The position numbers and the translations under genes are program-made. The notes under the pieces were generated by a model. It did no database searches and was not told where the DNA came from. It saw nothing but the letters and a program-made list of their open reading frames with translations. DNA of 64,000 nucleotides from IMG/VR virus record IMGVR_UViG_3300003322_000571, positions 248,001 through 312,000 of that record. One strand, 5' to 3'. Shown here piece by piece: positions 7,862 through 19,200 of this stretch; within the stretch, counting starts at the first letter, position 1; every line of letters starts with the position of its first letter.

Positions 7862-10834
7862 ATGTCAAATCCGTCAAACAGACTGGCGAAATTTCGCTCG
7901 TACAGCTATTACCATGTTCTTGCAATGTGTGATTGCAGCGCTACTGCAGACACACTTGCACTCAGTCAAGAATTGAATGTTTGGGATCACGCAACGCCTG
8001 AAACAGCTGTTCAGGATGATCGCGCTCAGTCAAAGAATCTTGGTAAGTATGCACCAAAACGACTTGAAGGATCTGGCAAGTACATCATTCTGATTAACGG
8101 TGCTACAGACGCTGCATACACTATTACCGAAGCAAAGTGGACATCTGCTACGGCTGCTAACGCTGTACAGGGTGATCGCGGTACGTCGATTGCAATCGAA
8201 GGATCACTACGTGTATCGGAACCGAAGGGTATTGCATTCCTGGACCAGGTTGTCCAGTGCAGTGTTGCACTTGGAGTCGATGCATCGCAAGTTGTTTTTG
8301 TTCTTAAGACTTTCTTCGTAGGACATGCTTACGATCCTGCACGTGGCGATTATCAAGATCATATTGTCGATGTTCCGCCAATTAACTTCATTGCATACGA
8401 TGTTACAGGTTCGTTTACAGAACAAGGCGGTGAGTATCAGATTCAGTTTGTGGCAGCTGGACATGGTGCTGCTCGCTTGCCGCAATATGGTAAGGCTGTT
8501 AATGCAATGAGCATTACCGCTGGTGATAGTCTTGAAGCTACATTGCGTAAGCTGCAAGACAACATCAATGAGAGTTACGATCTATACTTCGACTGTGTCT
8601 ACGAACAGATTCAATCGACAAACGGAACTGAAAAAGAAGAATTGCTTCGCTCTCTGCGCCGTGTTAACTATGTAATTGAGGTTGGACCGGATTATAAAGC
8701 GTCAAACGGCCAAGTAGCATATACTGTTACAAACCAGCCACAGCAATACAAAAATACTGCTGGTTGTAGTGACACAGCTCAAATCACATTCCCTGCTTCA
8801 TCCAGCATTGAGAGCGCAATCAACACAATTATGTTGATGAGCCCTCAAGTACAAGCCGATATGGCTAAGGGTGATACTGCATCTGGTGCGAAGTACGAAT
8901 ATAAGATTCATACCGCACTTGAATCAAAGCCCGTTGATGGCGCAAATGAAGATACGTTGGAATACACTGTATATTACCGTGTAGAACGATTTCTCGTTCC
9001 TAAGACAATCGCATACGATCCTGCGTTTCAAGCACTCGCACAAGATGACGAACAACTCAAGGCGGATCCACGTTACGATCAGATTCGTCGTAATCTGATC
9101 GAGTTTGACTACATCTATACCGGCAAGAACATCGATATTCTCGAGTTCGACATGAAGGTAAACATGGGTTTGGCGTATCTCCAAACCGCTACATTAGCAA
9201 ATACGTTTAAGAGCCAATTGGAACGTAGTGCAAACCGCCAGATGCAAGCGTCAACGCAAGACGTTAATACTCAAGGCGTTCGTTTTGGTGGCGCTCTCGT
9301 TCAAACGCCGGTGTTCTTTGGTTCACAGGTGAGAGTTCCGAACCTAATTAACCAGCAAAACGCTGGTAATGCTATTCAGTCGGCATATACATTGACAAAG
9401 CATGCTTCTTTGGAAGTTGCTGAAGCGTCTATGCGTATCATCGGTAATGAACAACTGCTGGGTTCAACGAATAGGACATCATCACCAGCGAATGTTATCG
9501 CATCTGCGTCACGTAGTCAGACGACAAATACGCCTGATTCCGCTGATTTTAAAGATTGGACACTTGTTCCTGCGTTTGTCAAAGTTAATATCAAGATGCC
9601 TCGTGATAATGACGATTTTAACTTATTCACGGGTTCATCGAAAACTGGAAATCCTAACGACGCTGGTGCAACTGATTACGCGCGTGATTTCTGGTTTGAT
9701 GGATACTATTACGTGTACGGAATCGAACATGCGTTTGAAAATGGAGAATTCACACAGAATCTCCAAATGATCGGTATTCCGAAGAAATCTGCGTTTGATG
9801 CAACGAAGAACAATTCCAGCCGTGAAGTTAACATTACACAAGACGTAGGTCGTTGCTTTGACAACCAAGTGGGATGTGGTACAGCAGGTTCTTCATCTGC
9901 AGCTGGTGGAAGCACTACAGCTCCGCATACAGCTGTTCCTGAAATGCCACCTTCTGGTACTACCGCCCCTACGAACACTGCCGACGCTAACACTTTGAAC
10001 CGTAGTGCTCGCGATCCTGCAAATGTACGTGGTTGGACTAATGCATCACCATCAGTCAAAGCTGCAATCATCGAAGCTTCTAACCGTTACGGTGTAGACA
10101 TCGTGATCATGGCGCAATTTGCTGCTAAGGAATCGTCGTTCAACCCTAAAGCACATCCACCAGGTTCTGCGTCGAGTGCTACAGGTTTGTACCAGTTCCT
10201 CAAAGCTACATGGAACGGACTTGTTAAACAAGGTAAGGTTCTTGGTTTGAACGCAACTGATGGTGTTGTTAACACTCCAGGCAAGACGCCTGCAGCAAAC
10301 GACCCTCGTTACAATGCTCAGTTGAATGCGTACGCTGGCGCTGCATTCTTGCGTGATAATGCAAGAGCGATTGGTTCGACGGATGCAGGTGATTTGTATC
10401 TCGCTCACTTCCTTGGCCCTGAAACGGCACGAAAAGTGATTGCAAGTTGCAACTCTAACGGAGGAAATAGTAAGCTGTCAGCTGTTCTTGGAACTCAACA
10501 AGCAGCGGACATTGCGGCTGCAAACCCAACGATTGTTAACGCTAACACTACATGTGCAAGTCTTCGTGCTTGGGCGGCGACATCAATGGCACGTTTGTTG
10601 ATTAATCAGACACAGACGGCTAAACAAACAGCTCCTGTCCAGTCAGTAGTTCCACCATCGCAAGCTGCTGGTGATGCTGCTCGTACGGCTCCAGCTACGG
10701 CACGAACAGCAGATAAGGCTGTTGCAGCTGTTCAAAACTGCAATACACAATCTGCTAAGAAGGATGTCAATCCTTGCGGACCTACAGCACAAACGACAAA
10801 TACAACGTCTAAGCCAACTGCGACAACACAATAA
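7862..10834 (+). CDS. Baseplate hub protein (gp27 / P2 gpD-like) fused to a lytic transglycosylase domain
   Basis: Hub-like N-terminal ~640 aa ending GYYYVYGIEHAFENGEFTQNL. C-terminal SLT motifs AIIEASNRYGVD...AKESSFNP, SATGLYQF, YLAHFLG. Confidence 0.8.
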   Translation: MSNPSNRLAKFRSYSYYHVLAMCDCSATADTLALSQELNVWDHATPETAVQDDRAQSKNLGKYAPKRLEGSGKYIILINGATDAAYTITEAKWTSATAANAVQGDRGTSIAIEGSLRVSEPKGIAFLDQVVQCSVALGVDASQVVFVLKTFFVGHAYDPARGDYQDHIVDVPPINFIAYDVTGSFTEQGGEYQIQFVAAGHGAARLPQYGKAVNAMSITAGDSLEATLRKLQDNINESYDLYFDCVYEQIQSTNGTEKEELLRSLRRVNYVIEVGPDYKASNGQVAYTVTNQPQQYKNTAGCSDTAQITFPASSSIESAINTIMLMSPQVQADMAKGDTASGAKYEYKIHTALESKPVDGANEDTLEYTVYYRVERFLVPKTIAYDPAFQALAQDDEQLKADPRYDQIRRNLIEFDYIYTGKNIDILEFDMKVNMGLAYLQTATLANTFKSQLERSANRQMQASTQDVNTQGVRFGGALVQTPVFFGSQVRVPNLINQQNAGNAIQSAYTLTKHASLEVAEASMRIIGNEQLLGSTNRTSSPANVIASASRSQTTNTPDSADFKDWTLVPAFVKVNIKMPRDNDDFNLFTGSSKTGNPNDAGATDYARDFWFDGYYYVYGIEHAFENGEFTQNLQMIGIPKKSAFDATKNNSSREVNITQDVGRCFDNQVGCGTAGSSSAAGGSTTAPHTAVPEMPPSGTTAPTNTADANTLNRSARDPANVRGWTNASPSVKAAIIEASNRYGVDIVIMAQFAAKESSFNPKAHPPGSASSATGLYQFLKATWNGLVKQGKVLGLNATDGVVNTPGKTPAANDPRYNAQLNAYAGAAFLRDNARAIGSTDAGDLYLAHFLGPETARKVIASCNSNGGNSKLSAVLGTQQAADIAAANPTIVNANTTCASLRAWAATSMARLLINQTQTAKQTAPVQSVVPPSQAAGDAARTAPATARTADKAVAAVQNCNTQSAKKDVNPCGPTAQTTNTTSKPTATTQ

Positions 10835-10849
10835 CAATAAGGTCAGAAT

Positions 10850-12397
10850 ATGGTAATGCAAACACGAATGAGGGAGTTGTTTGACCGTACAGGTACGGCT
10901 CCTGAAACAATCCCGTTCGTAACAATTGGTCTTGTAGCAGATACAAACGATCCTCAGCAAATGGGTCGTCTTCGTGTCATCTGTCCTCAATGGGGAGACT
11001 CGATGCACTCTAATGTCGAAGACCTTCCTTGGGCTATCTACATGACGCCGTTTGGCGGTCAACAGCAAGTTGGCACGCGTGGTCCTGGTATTCAGACATC
11101 TGAAGGTAGTGTTGCGTACGGTCTATGGGCTATTCCAAAGGTTGGCTCGCAAGTTGTATTGATGTGTGTCGACGGAAATCCAATGGCTCGTATTTGGATT
11201 GGCTGTGTATACGATCAATTCACGCCGCACACAATGCCTCACGGTCGTTTCATGTATGACGATCACCCTGAGCTTGAAAAGAGTGGAGCTACACCTGCAC
11301 CGTACGGTCCGTATACATCGTCAGAGAAGTATATTCAGCCGCTTGCAGACAACTTGAAGCAACAATTTGGCAATACTGGAGAGCCAAATTACGAATTCCG
11401 CAGTCGCGGTGCAGATTATTCTGTATCAGGCGTCAATGTCGATCAACTCAATCAAACATATAGCAGGGCTGCTGATGATAGTGGTGTAACACATGATAAT
11501 TGGACGAGCACCCAAGGTTATCAAGCAAGCCGCACGGATCCGTTTGCTTCTTCGTCGTTGACCGACAAAAACTATGATTCGTTGACAGTCGCATTGACGT
11601 CTCCAGGATTCCATGCAATTTCTCTTGATGACCGTCAAGAAAATTGCCGCGTTCGTTTCCGTACAACGTCGGGCCATCAAATCTTGATGGACGATACAAA
11701 CGAGCGTATCTACATTGCGACAGCTCAAGGAAATAACTGGATTGAGCTTGATCAGAACGGTAACGTTGATGTGTATAGTGCAAACACTGTTAACGTCCAT
11801 TCTGCGAAGGATATGAACTTTACTTCCGATCAATCGATCCGCATGTTTGCCAAAGACGGTATTCACATGCATTCAGGAAACGAAATTCGGATTAATGCTG
11901 CCAATGATATTCACGTGAAGTCAGGCGCTAATCTGCGTTTGCATTCTGCTGCTTCTACGTATCTGCAGAGTGATGCTGAAATCAATTACAAGGCGGGATC
12001 TGTTGTCAGTATTACAGCTGGATCAACTTTGAATTTGAAATCTGGCGCAAATACAAACGTCGATGCAGGTGGCACGTTAAATCTGAAAGCAGGAGGAACA
12101 GTCGCCGCTCAAGCAGGAAGTACATTTGGTATTACGGGCGGAGATGTCAAGGTAACTGGTGGCCGTATCGACTTGAATGGACCGTCTGCACCTAGTGCTG
12201 GCTCAGCTGCGGATGCAAACGATGCGAACGAAAAACCTGCATTCTTCACAAGTCGCGTACCTGATCACGAACCATGGGCTCGTACGATGACGAAGAGTGA
12301 TGATTCTCATGCTCCGGAGTTTGGATACAACGATTCCAATGTTAACCGTGTCGAACGCGGTCAACCAATTGTTCGCGGCCAATTCTGGCGTCGTTGA
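10850..12397 (+). CDS. 5: Baseplate central spike (T4 gp5 / VgrG-like; OB fold plus beta-helix)
   Basis: IGLVADTNDPQQMGRLRV..P, LPWA, IPKVGSQVV...GNP, RTTSGHQILMDDT, then beta-helix repeats and a C-terminal IDLNG motif; no lysozyme domain seen. Confidence 0.88.
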   Translation: MVMQTRMRELFDRTGTAPETIPFVTIGLVADTNDPQQMGRLRVICPQWGDSMHSNVEDLPWAIYMTPFGGQQQVGTRGPGIQTSEGSVAYGLWAIPKVGSQVVLMCVDGNPMARIWIGCVYDQFTPHTMPHGRFMYDDHPELEKSGATPAPYGPYTSSEKYIQPLADNLKQQFGNTGEPNYEFRSRGADYSVSGVNVDQLNQTYSRAADDSGVTHDNWTSTQGYQASRTDPFASSSLTDKNYDSLTVALTSPGFHAISLDDRQENCRVRFRTTSGHQILMDDTNERIYIATAQGNNWIELDQNGNVDVYSANTVNVHSAKDMNFTSDQSIRMFAKDGIHMHSGNEIRINAANDIHVKSGANLRLHSAASTYLQSDAEINYKAGSVVSITAGSTLNLKSGANTNVDAGGTLNLKAGGTVAAQAGSTFGITGGDVKVTGGRIDLNGPSAPSAGSAADANDANEKPAFFTSRVPDHEPWARTMTKSDDSHAPEFGYNDSNVNRVERGQPIVRGQFWRR

Positions 12398-12444
12398 CAC
12401 AGGGTTGCTTCTGATAAATATCAGAAAACAATGGAACTGTCGCT

Positions 12445-12822
12445 ATGAAAAAGGGATTGTACCGTGGTTACTCATCATATGAGTACCAACGTGCGAAATC
12501 GTTTAGTATTTCTGACGTCGAGCTAGTAAAGCTTGATTTGCTAAATCACATTTTCACTCGTAGGGGTGAACGTGTGATGATGCCTACGTTTGGCACACGA
12601 ATCCCTGATCTCGCTTTCGAACCGTTGGACGACATCACTCTTCAAGTGCTCGAGGAAGACCTTCGAGCTGTGTTTGCGTTTGATCCACGTGTAGAGCTAG
12701 TTACTCTTGTCATCACACCGTCGTATGATACGAACTCTGTGACGGCTGCTGCTCGCCTGTACTACATTGAACTGGATCTAACAGGCAACATCGACATCAA
12801 TATCGTATTCGAAGGATCATAA
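12445..12822 (+). CDS. 25: Baseplate wedge subunit gp25
   Basis: DLLNHIFTRRGERVMMPTFGTRI.DLAFEP...DPRV, the gp25/GPW motif; TAAATA at 12415-12420. Confidence 0.93.
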   Translation: MKKGLYRGYSSYEYQRAKSFSISDVELVKLDLLNHIFTRRGERVMMPTFGTRIPDLAFEPLDDITLQVLEEDLRAVFAFDPRVELVTLVITPSYDTNSVTAAARLYYIELDLTGNIDINIVFEGS

Positions 12823-15800
12823 TGAGCAGACTAGTTGCCCGTGCAGAAACATGGGAACGCGCGTATGAAGCGTTCCAAAATATCAACTTTGCTGCGTTTG
12901 ACTACGATACAGTTAAACGCAGCTTGATTGATTACATCAAGCTGTACTTCCCAGAAACATTCAACGACTTTATTGAGTCGTCTGAATTCGTTGCAGTTAT
13001 TGAAGTATTTGCATACATCGCTGAAATCATGGCGTATCGCCTTGATGTCAATGCGCATGAAAACTTCATTTCAACAGCTCAGCGTAAGGATTCGATCCTA
13101 CGCTTGGCTAAACTCGTCTCTTATTCAGCATCACGTCCACTTCCTTCTCGCGGTCTTGTCAAACTTCAGTCAGTTTCAACGACTGAATCTGTAGTTGATA
13201 CAAACGGTCTTGATCTTGCTGGTCGTACAATCCGTTGGAATGACGTTAGCAATGCCTCATGGAAAGATCAATTCATCCTTGTGATGAACCGCGTTATGGA
13301 ACAGCAGTTTGGTTCTGTTGGTCCTACCGATCGTTTCCAGATTCAAGACGTTTTGTTTGAACTGTACTCGTGGAACCTTGTTCCGCTTGCTACTGGTGTA
13401 TTCCCGTTCAATGCAAACGTCAGCGGTCAGTCACTGCCTATGGAACTTGTTTCCACGGCGTATGACACCTCTAACGGAATTATCGAGCGCCGTCCACAAA
13501 ACAATTCAAACTTCACGTTCCTGTATGGTCAAGACGGTCTTGGAGACGCTTCTGCGACAACAGGTTTCTTCTGCTATGCAAAGCAAGGCCAGTTGCAACG
13601 TTTCCGTACTACGTTTGACGGCGTAACACCAAATCAAACGTATGATATCGGTGCACAGAATGTAAACGAAACGGATATCTGGTTGAACAATGTGGATCCT
13701 ACAACGGGAGCCACACTTGATCAGCCTTCTGTTCTGCCGTACCGCAACTCAAAGCTTGGAAAATCGGGTGAATGGGTTCAGGTAGACGTAGCACACTCGC
13801 AAAACGTTATTTTCAACACGAACCCTCGTCGCAACAAGTACGAAGTAGAAACTCGCGATGAAAACCGTGCTAGGTTGATCTTCGGCGACGGTGAGTTCGC
13901 TGACATTCCGTCGGGTGCATTTGACATTTGGGCACGTACGTCTGTAGATCAAGACATTGTTATCCCTCAGTCGGCTGTATCAAATCAAACATCTTCGTTT
14001 ACGTACGTTGATTCGTTTGGTCGTACGCAGACGTTCACGTTCACATATTCACTTGTTAACACGCTGCAGAACGGTTCTGCAGCTGAGGATATCGAACACA
14101 TTCGCAACGTAGCTCCAGGCACGTATTCAACACAGGACCGTATGGTTAACGGCCCAGACTACAATACGTATCCGCTGCAAGATCCTTCGATCATGAAGCT
14201 GCGTGCAATTAACCGTACGTTCGCTGGCGAGTCGAAGTATATTACGTGGCATGACTCTTCTGGTACGTACGAAAACGTCAAGATTTTCAGTGACGATGGC
14301 GTATTGTACTTTAAACAACGACAAGACGTAACAACGACGCCGGTTGTTGATACAAACGTGCTGATTTCTTCATACATTCAGCCGTTGTTGTCAACACCTG
14401 AGTTGTACATGAACATCATCAGCGCTGGTGTGCCAATTGGCAATTACCGTCGTCAGTTCAACACAGATGAAATCGATCGTATCACAACAGAGATCACGAC
14501 GAACATGGCTCCTGTGATGATTTTGATGTACTACAACACGGCGACGTTTGAATGGTACGCTATCAAAAACAGTGACGATCCAGCTGTCAAGTTTACAGGT
14601 TGGCCTAACAACTACATCACAACTCCTCTGATCTCTATTGAACAGACGAGCATCTTCGAGACTTCGTATTACGTAACTCGTAATACGAAGGAATTCATGA
14701 TGTACAGTGAGACAACAGAATTCTGGAATACGAATGATGGTCAAACTGTGATTGACTACGATACGTTGAATTCTGACAGTGACAAGATTGTTGTACTTCA
14801 GGCGAACACAAACTACAACCGTAACGCTATTTTGACTTCGAACGTCGAATTCAACGTTGTGTCGCTTGGTACAGTTGAATCTGGAACTGATGTTGGTTTG
14901 CCAGATACGTCAAACGTAATCATTGTTCCAACGGATACAAACGGAGACGGTGTTCCTGACAACTTGTCGATTGAAACTTGGAACAATCCTCAAGGGATTG
15001 CTGACATCGTTAAGCCAAAGATCATTGCTGACGTTAGTGCAGGTAATCAGTCTGCGTTCGATCCGTTGTCTGCAGGTATTGAGATTACATTGCCTGTGTA
15101 CTACGTTGTCGATCCGTCACTTGTAACATCAACAGCCATTGGCAACACAGTATACAAAACGAACGACGTTGAAGTATATGCGCCGGCACCTGACTACGGT
15201 AGCCTAATGAAGCAGGCAGGAGATTCTTCGTCTCCAAACTGGTCCGACTGGGCAACGATTACAAACGACGGTTCATATGTGTCAAACAAGATCCGTGTGT
15301 TGAACAACCGTACGAATACGTCTCTTGGTAGTAGTGTTAACGTGTTGACTGAGCTTGTCAAGGTTAAAGAATATGTGTACTTCACGCGTGAAACGAAACT
15401 CGATCCTTGGGTATTGTCACCGACGACACCTCAAACGCTAGCTTCGTTTGTGACAGACGTTAATTCGTTCCTTGTTCCTGATCCTTCGTCTAGCTCTGGT
15501 TACCGTCCTTTGACGATTGCAGAAGCTGATGCAGGTACGAATACAGACTACGAAAACGCTCGTACAATTAAGCGTTACGAAGGTCGTGGTGGTTTGAACT
15601 TCGCGTGGTTCCACTTCTCTCCACGTTACTACTTGGTTGATCCTTCGCCAACGAATATTATTGACATGTACGTAATTACAAAGGGTTACTACATCTCGTT
15701 GAAGCGTTGGTTGGAAGATCCGTTGGCCGCCGCTCCGTCGCTTCCTACGCCGTTGGATCTTCGTACGTCATACAACTACATGCTTGACAACAAAATGATC

Positions 15801-16205
15801 TCTGATACGGTGATCTTGCATCCAGGCAAAGTCAAGTTGTTGTTCGGAACGAAAGCAGCAGCTCCGTTGCAAATGACGTTCAAGGTTGTTCGTTCGCAAG
15901 GCAGTACGATGACCGACAATCAGATCAAGACGCAGATTGTGTCTACGATTCGCAACTTCTTTGATATGTCGTACTGGGAGTTTGGTGAAACGTTCTATTT
16001 CGTTGAAATGGCAACAGCGATTATGGATACTCTGCAAGGCCAATTGAGCTCGATTGTTCCTGTACCAACATACGCGAATAATCAGTTTGGTGATGGCTTC
16101 CAGGTATTTGCTCGTGAAGACGAGATTTTGTATCCTGACATCACAGTTGACAACATCGAGATTGTTGAAAGTTACACAACGACGAATCTCCGTATGAACG
16201 GGTAA
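12822..16205 (+). CDS. 6: Baseplate wedge protein gp6 (baseplate J-like), enlarged
   Basis: DYDTVKRSLIDYIK..FPE.FNDFIESS, ENFISTAQRKDSILRLAKLVSY, IFGDGEF..IP, TQDRMVNGPDY; follows gp25. Confidence 0.87.
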   Translation: MSRLVARAETWERAYEAFQNINFAAFDYDTVKRSLIDYIKLYFPETFNDFIESSEFVAVIEVFAYIAEIMAYRLDVNAHENFISTAQRKDSILRLAKLVSYSASRPLPSRGLVKLQSVSTTESVVDTNGLDLAGRTIRWNDVSNASWKDQFILVMNRVMEQQFGSVGPTDRFQIQDVLFELYSWNLVPLATGVFPFNANVSGQSLPMELVSTAYDTSNGIIERRPQNNSNFTFLYGQDGLGDASATTGFFCYAKQGQLQRFRTTFDGVTPNQTYDIGAQNVNETDIWLNNVDPTTGATLDQPSVLPYRNSKLGKSGEWVQVDVAHSQNVIFNTNPRRNKYEVETRDENRARLIFGDGEFADIPSGAFDIWARTSVDQDIVIPQSAVSNQTSSFTYVDSFGRTQTFTFTYSLVNTLQNGSAAEDIEHIRNVAPGTYSTQDRMVNGPDYNTYPLQDPSIMKLRAINRTFAGESKYITWHDSSGTYENVKIFSDDGVLYFKQRQDVTTTPVVDTNVLISSYIQPLLSTPELYMNIISAGVPIGNYRRQFNTDEIDRITTEITTNMAPVMILMYYNTATFEWYAIKNSDDPAVKFTGWPNNYITTPLISIEQTSIFETSYYVTRNTKEFMMYSETTEFWNTNDGQTVIDYDTLNSDSDKIVVLQANTNYNRNAILTSNVEFNVVSLGTVESGTDVGLPDTSNVIIVPTDTNGDGVPDNLSIETWNNPQGIADIVKPKIIADVSAGNQSAFDPLSAGIEITLPVYYVVDPSLVTSTAIGNTVYKTNDVEVYAPAPDYGSLMKQAGDSSSPNWSDWATITNDGSYVSNKIRVLNNRTNTSLGSSVNVLTELVKVKEYVYFTRETKLDPWVLSPTTPQTLASFVTDVNSFLVPDPSSSSGYRPLTIAEADAGTNTDYENARTIKRYEGRGGLNFAWFHFSPRYYLVDPSPTNIIDMYVITKGYYISLKRWLEDPLAAAPSLPTPLDLRTSYNYMLDNKMISDTVILHPGKVKLLFGTKAAAPLQMTFKVVRSQGSTMTDNQIKTQIVSTIRNFFDMSYWEFGETFYFVEMATAIMDTLQGQLSSIVPVPTYANNQFGDGFQVFAREDEILYPDITVDNIEIVESYTTTNLRMNG

Positions 16206-16273
16206 AACATCGCGAAAAATTGGACGGGAACCTTCATATAAATATCTGACACAGATATTACAGAGGGTTTCCC

Positions 16274-19200
16274 GTGGCAAATTTCAGCGACAACAAAAAA
16301 CCAGCGCTTACCGTTTCTAACCTCCTTCCTGAAGTCAATAGGTCGGATGTTAACGGTTCCGTCTTTAGCACAGCGTTTGATCGTCTGCTTACTAAAGACG
16401 ACTCTGCTCGCGTTGCTGGTTATATCGGCCAGGGCAACCCTAACGCCGTAATCAATCGTCAGATCAAAGAAGCTACGCCTCACCGTCAAGCCTATCAGTT
16501 GGCACCTACAATGGTGACGACTGTAGGTACAGAAACTTCTGCGCTTTCCTTCGAAGCATTCAACAGCCAACTGGAATTGATGGGTGTTGACATTGACCGC
16601 TACAAGAAGTGGGGTTCTACGCTTCAGTTCAACTGGGTTCCTCCAGTGAACATCGACATGCTCGTCAACTATTCTGACTACTACTGGGTTCCTGCAACTC
16701 GCGGTGATGGTCAGCAATATTTGACGATTGAAAGCCCATGCACGAAAGCACAGAGCGCGAAACAAACGTTCATGGCTGTCGTTGAAGCTCGTGGCTCAGA
16801 ATTCCCTCTCAAGTCGATCAACTACGTTGAAAACCAGTTTGTGATCGAATCACAGATGGCTGACATTTTCAAGACGGGATTTGTGTTCCAAACGACGAAT
16901 ACATCCGCTGTTAGCCTGAACAATAAGGACTGGACTGTAGATACGTCTTCGTACGATTTCCAGACGAATTTGACAACGATCACAGTGATCGAACCGATCA
17001 GCATTGTTCAAAACATTGCTCCTGTCGCTTCGTTCGTGGGCCAGTGGTGGTACAACACGACTGATAATCAACTGTATCAATGGACTGGTGCAGCATGGGT
17101 GATCGTGTCTAAGGTTCAAGTCGCTGACTTGTCTCTTGCTGCAACAATTGCTTTGTTCCAGAAAGCGGCAAACTGTGCTTGCTATGGTAGCGAAGGTTGG
17201 GATACAGGTCCTTGGGACATTGATGAATGGGATTCCACTTCTACGTGTGACATTCCACTACCATCACCATGGGCTGATCAGAACCGTTGGGTTCACAAAT
17301 CACAAGTCCAGTCGTCAGCTACTGCAAAGCGTGCTACACTTCCAATCCTTGAGTACGGTAGTTTCGTTGAACTCAATACATGGGTTCAACGCGATCGTCA
17401 ATGGAAGTACCGCTCGAGCACGTTGAAGACATTTGCCGCGACAGATGCAGCACCAACGCGCTTCGAACTTGAACCAATCAAGGGATATGCTGTTGCTAAC
17501 GTCAACGGGCAGTGGAACATCTACCTGTTCTCAAAAAGCCAAACGGTTAACCGTGACATCGACCACACAGCGACGTTTGTGCCAGGTTACAAGTTTGCGA
17601 TCAAAGATGACACAGGTTCTGCAGCAATCTACACTGTTTTGCGTTCCGAATATCGTGAATTGAACGGTACAGATCAAGCGTTTATTAATGCTGTTGTTGG
17701 TACTGGTTGGATGTGCACAGTAGTTATTCTTGAAGAATCAACTTTCTCGTCCGCTGTTCAAAGTGGTGGTATCAATAACATCCGTATTGAGCCGTTGAAG
17801 ACGAGTCAAGGAGACACGTGGAACGGTTACCATGCCCACTGGTTGCTTGACGTAGAAGCTACGACAACGGTTGCAACAGCAAACCACGCACCAACAGTTT
17901 ACGGTGAGCGTGACATTGAAGACCCTGCGGTGTATTCTATTCCGCCTGTCGGTTTCTCACCACAAGTTAGTGTGATCGCAATTGGTAATACGTATCAAGA
18001 GTTCACAGCAAACTTCGCTGGAATCACACATATTGATCTCGCCGACAAGTTTAAGTATGACCCAGCTAATCCTACCGTGTATGCAACACCTGGTAGTGAT
18101 GAACTTCGTCTATACATCAACGGTCAACGTCAGTATCTAAACTACACGGAAGTAGTTGCTACAGGTAGCCCTAACTATACAGTTGTCGGTAATGCTGTTC
18201 AGACATCACAGACAATCAGCTATGTCACGGGAATTGATCTTTCTGTCGCGCTCAATTTGAACGACGTTGTTCGTATTGAAGTTGGCCCGGCAGCGTACGA
18301 AGATATGGGCTGGTATGCTGTTCCTGTTCGTACAGTTGAAGATGAAGCTGCGTTCATTGTTGCTACTGCTGCAGGTACACAACCAGCTTATGTTAGCTTG
18401 ACGCAGTACGGTCTGCAGGAACAACAGAAGGTTGCTATCAACCAGTATCCACAGTTCAACATGTACGATGTTGTTACAGGGGAAGTTGTTGGTGCGTCTC
18501 CGTTGTTTGCATTCCAGGAAGGCAGTGACTATCCAATCACTCCTGCAATCCAACGCCGTATCGTCAAAGATGCAACTGGCAAAGAGTTCGGGTTCGAACA
18601 GTTCCTTGTTGATCGTTCGAACAACATCATGTATGCATATCGCAACACGTCAGTACAACTTCCTTACTGGTTTAACACGACTGATCAAAAAGTGTATCAG
18701 TGGAATAACCGTGCTTGGACAGATCAATTCTTGATGGAACTTCCATCAGGAGCTATTGTCGCTCGTACTGCAGTTGCAGCAGCAATCGACCCTGTTGAGT
18801 TGCATGACGTTGATCGTGCTTTGTGGTATGATACAACGAACGAAAAGTTGTTCTACCGTAATGTAGCGACAACAGCGTGGGTTGAAATTACGGGTGTTAC
18901 GTCAGCGTCTGCTGACCCAACACTAATGACTGTATGGCGTCACGGTAAGACGGATCAACAGGCTGTCCCGCAATATGTTGATAAGAATCGTAATCCAATT
19001 ACTGTCGGTAGTCCGGACGGTAGCTGGGGCGTCGTCGACCAATGGATGTACAACAGCGAGCACAAGAACTACAAGGACATTACGTACTCGCAGCTTGTAA
19101 CGCACTTCTCATCGATTATCAACGCTCAGCCAGCAGTTCCCGGTTTGCCGGGGAACGGTGCGTTCACTCTGTTGCAATCGAATTACGATTACGGTCTTGG

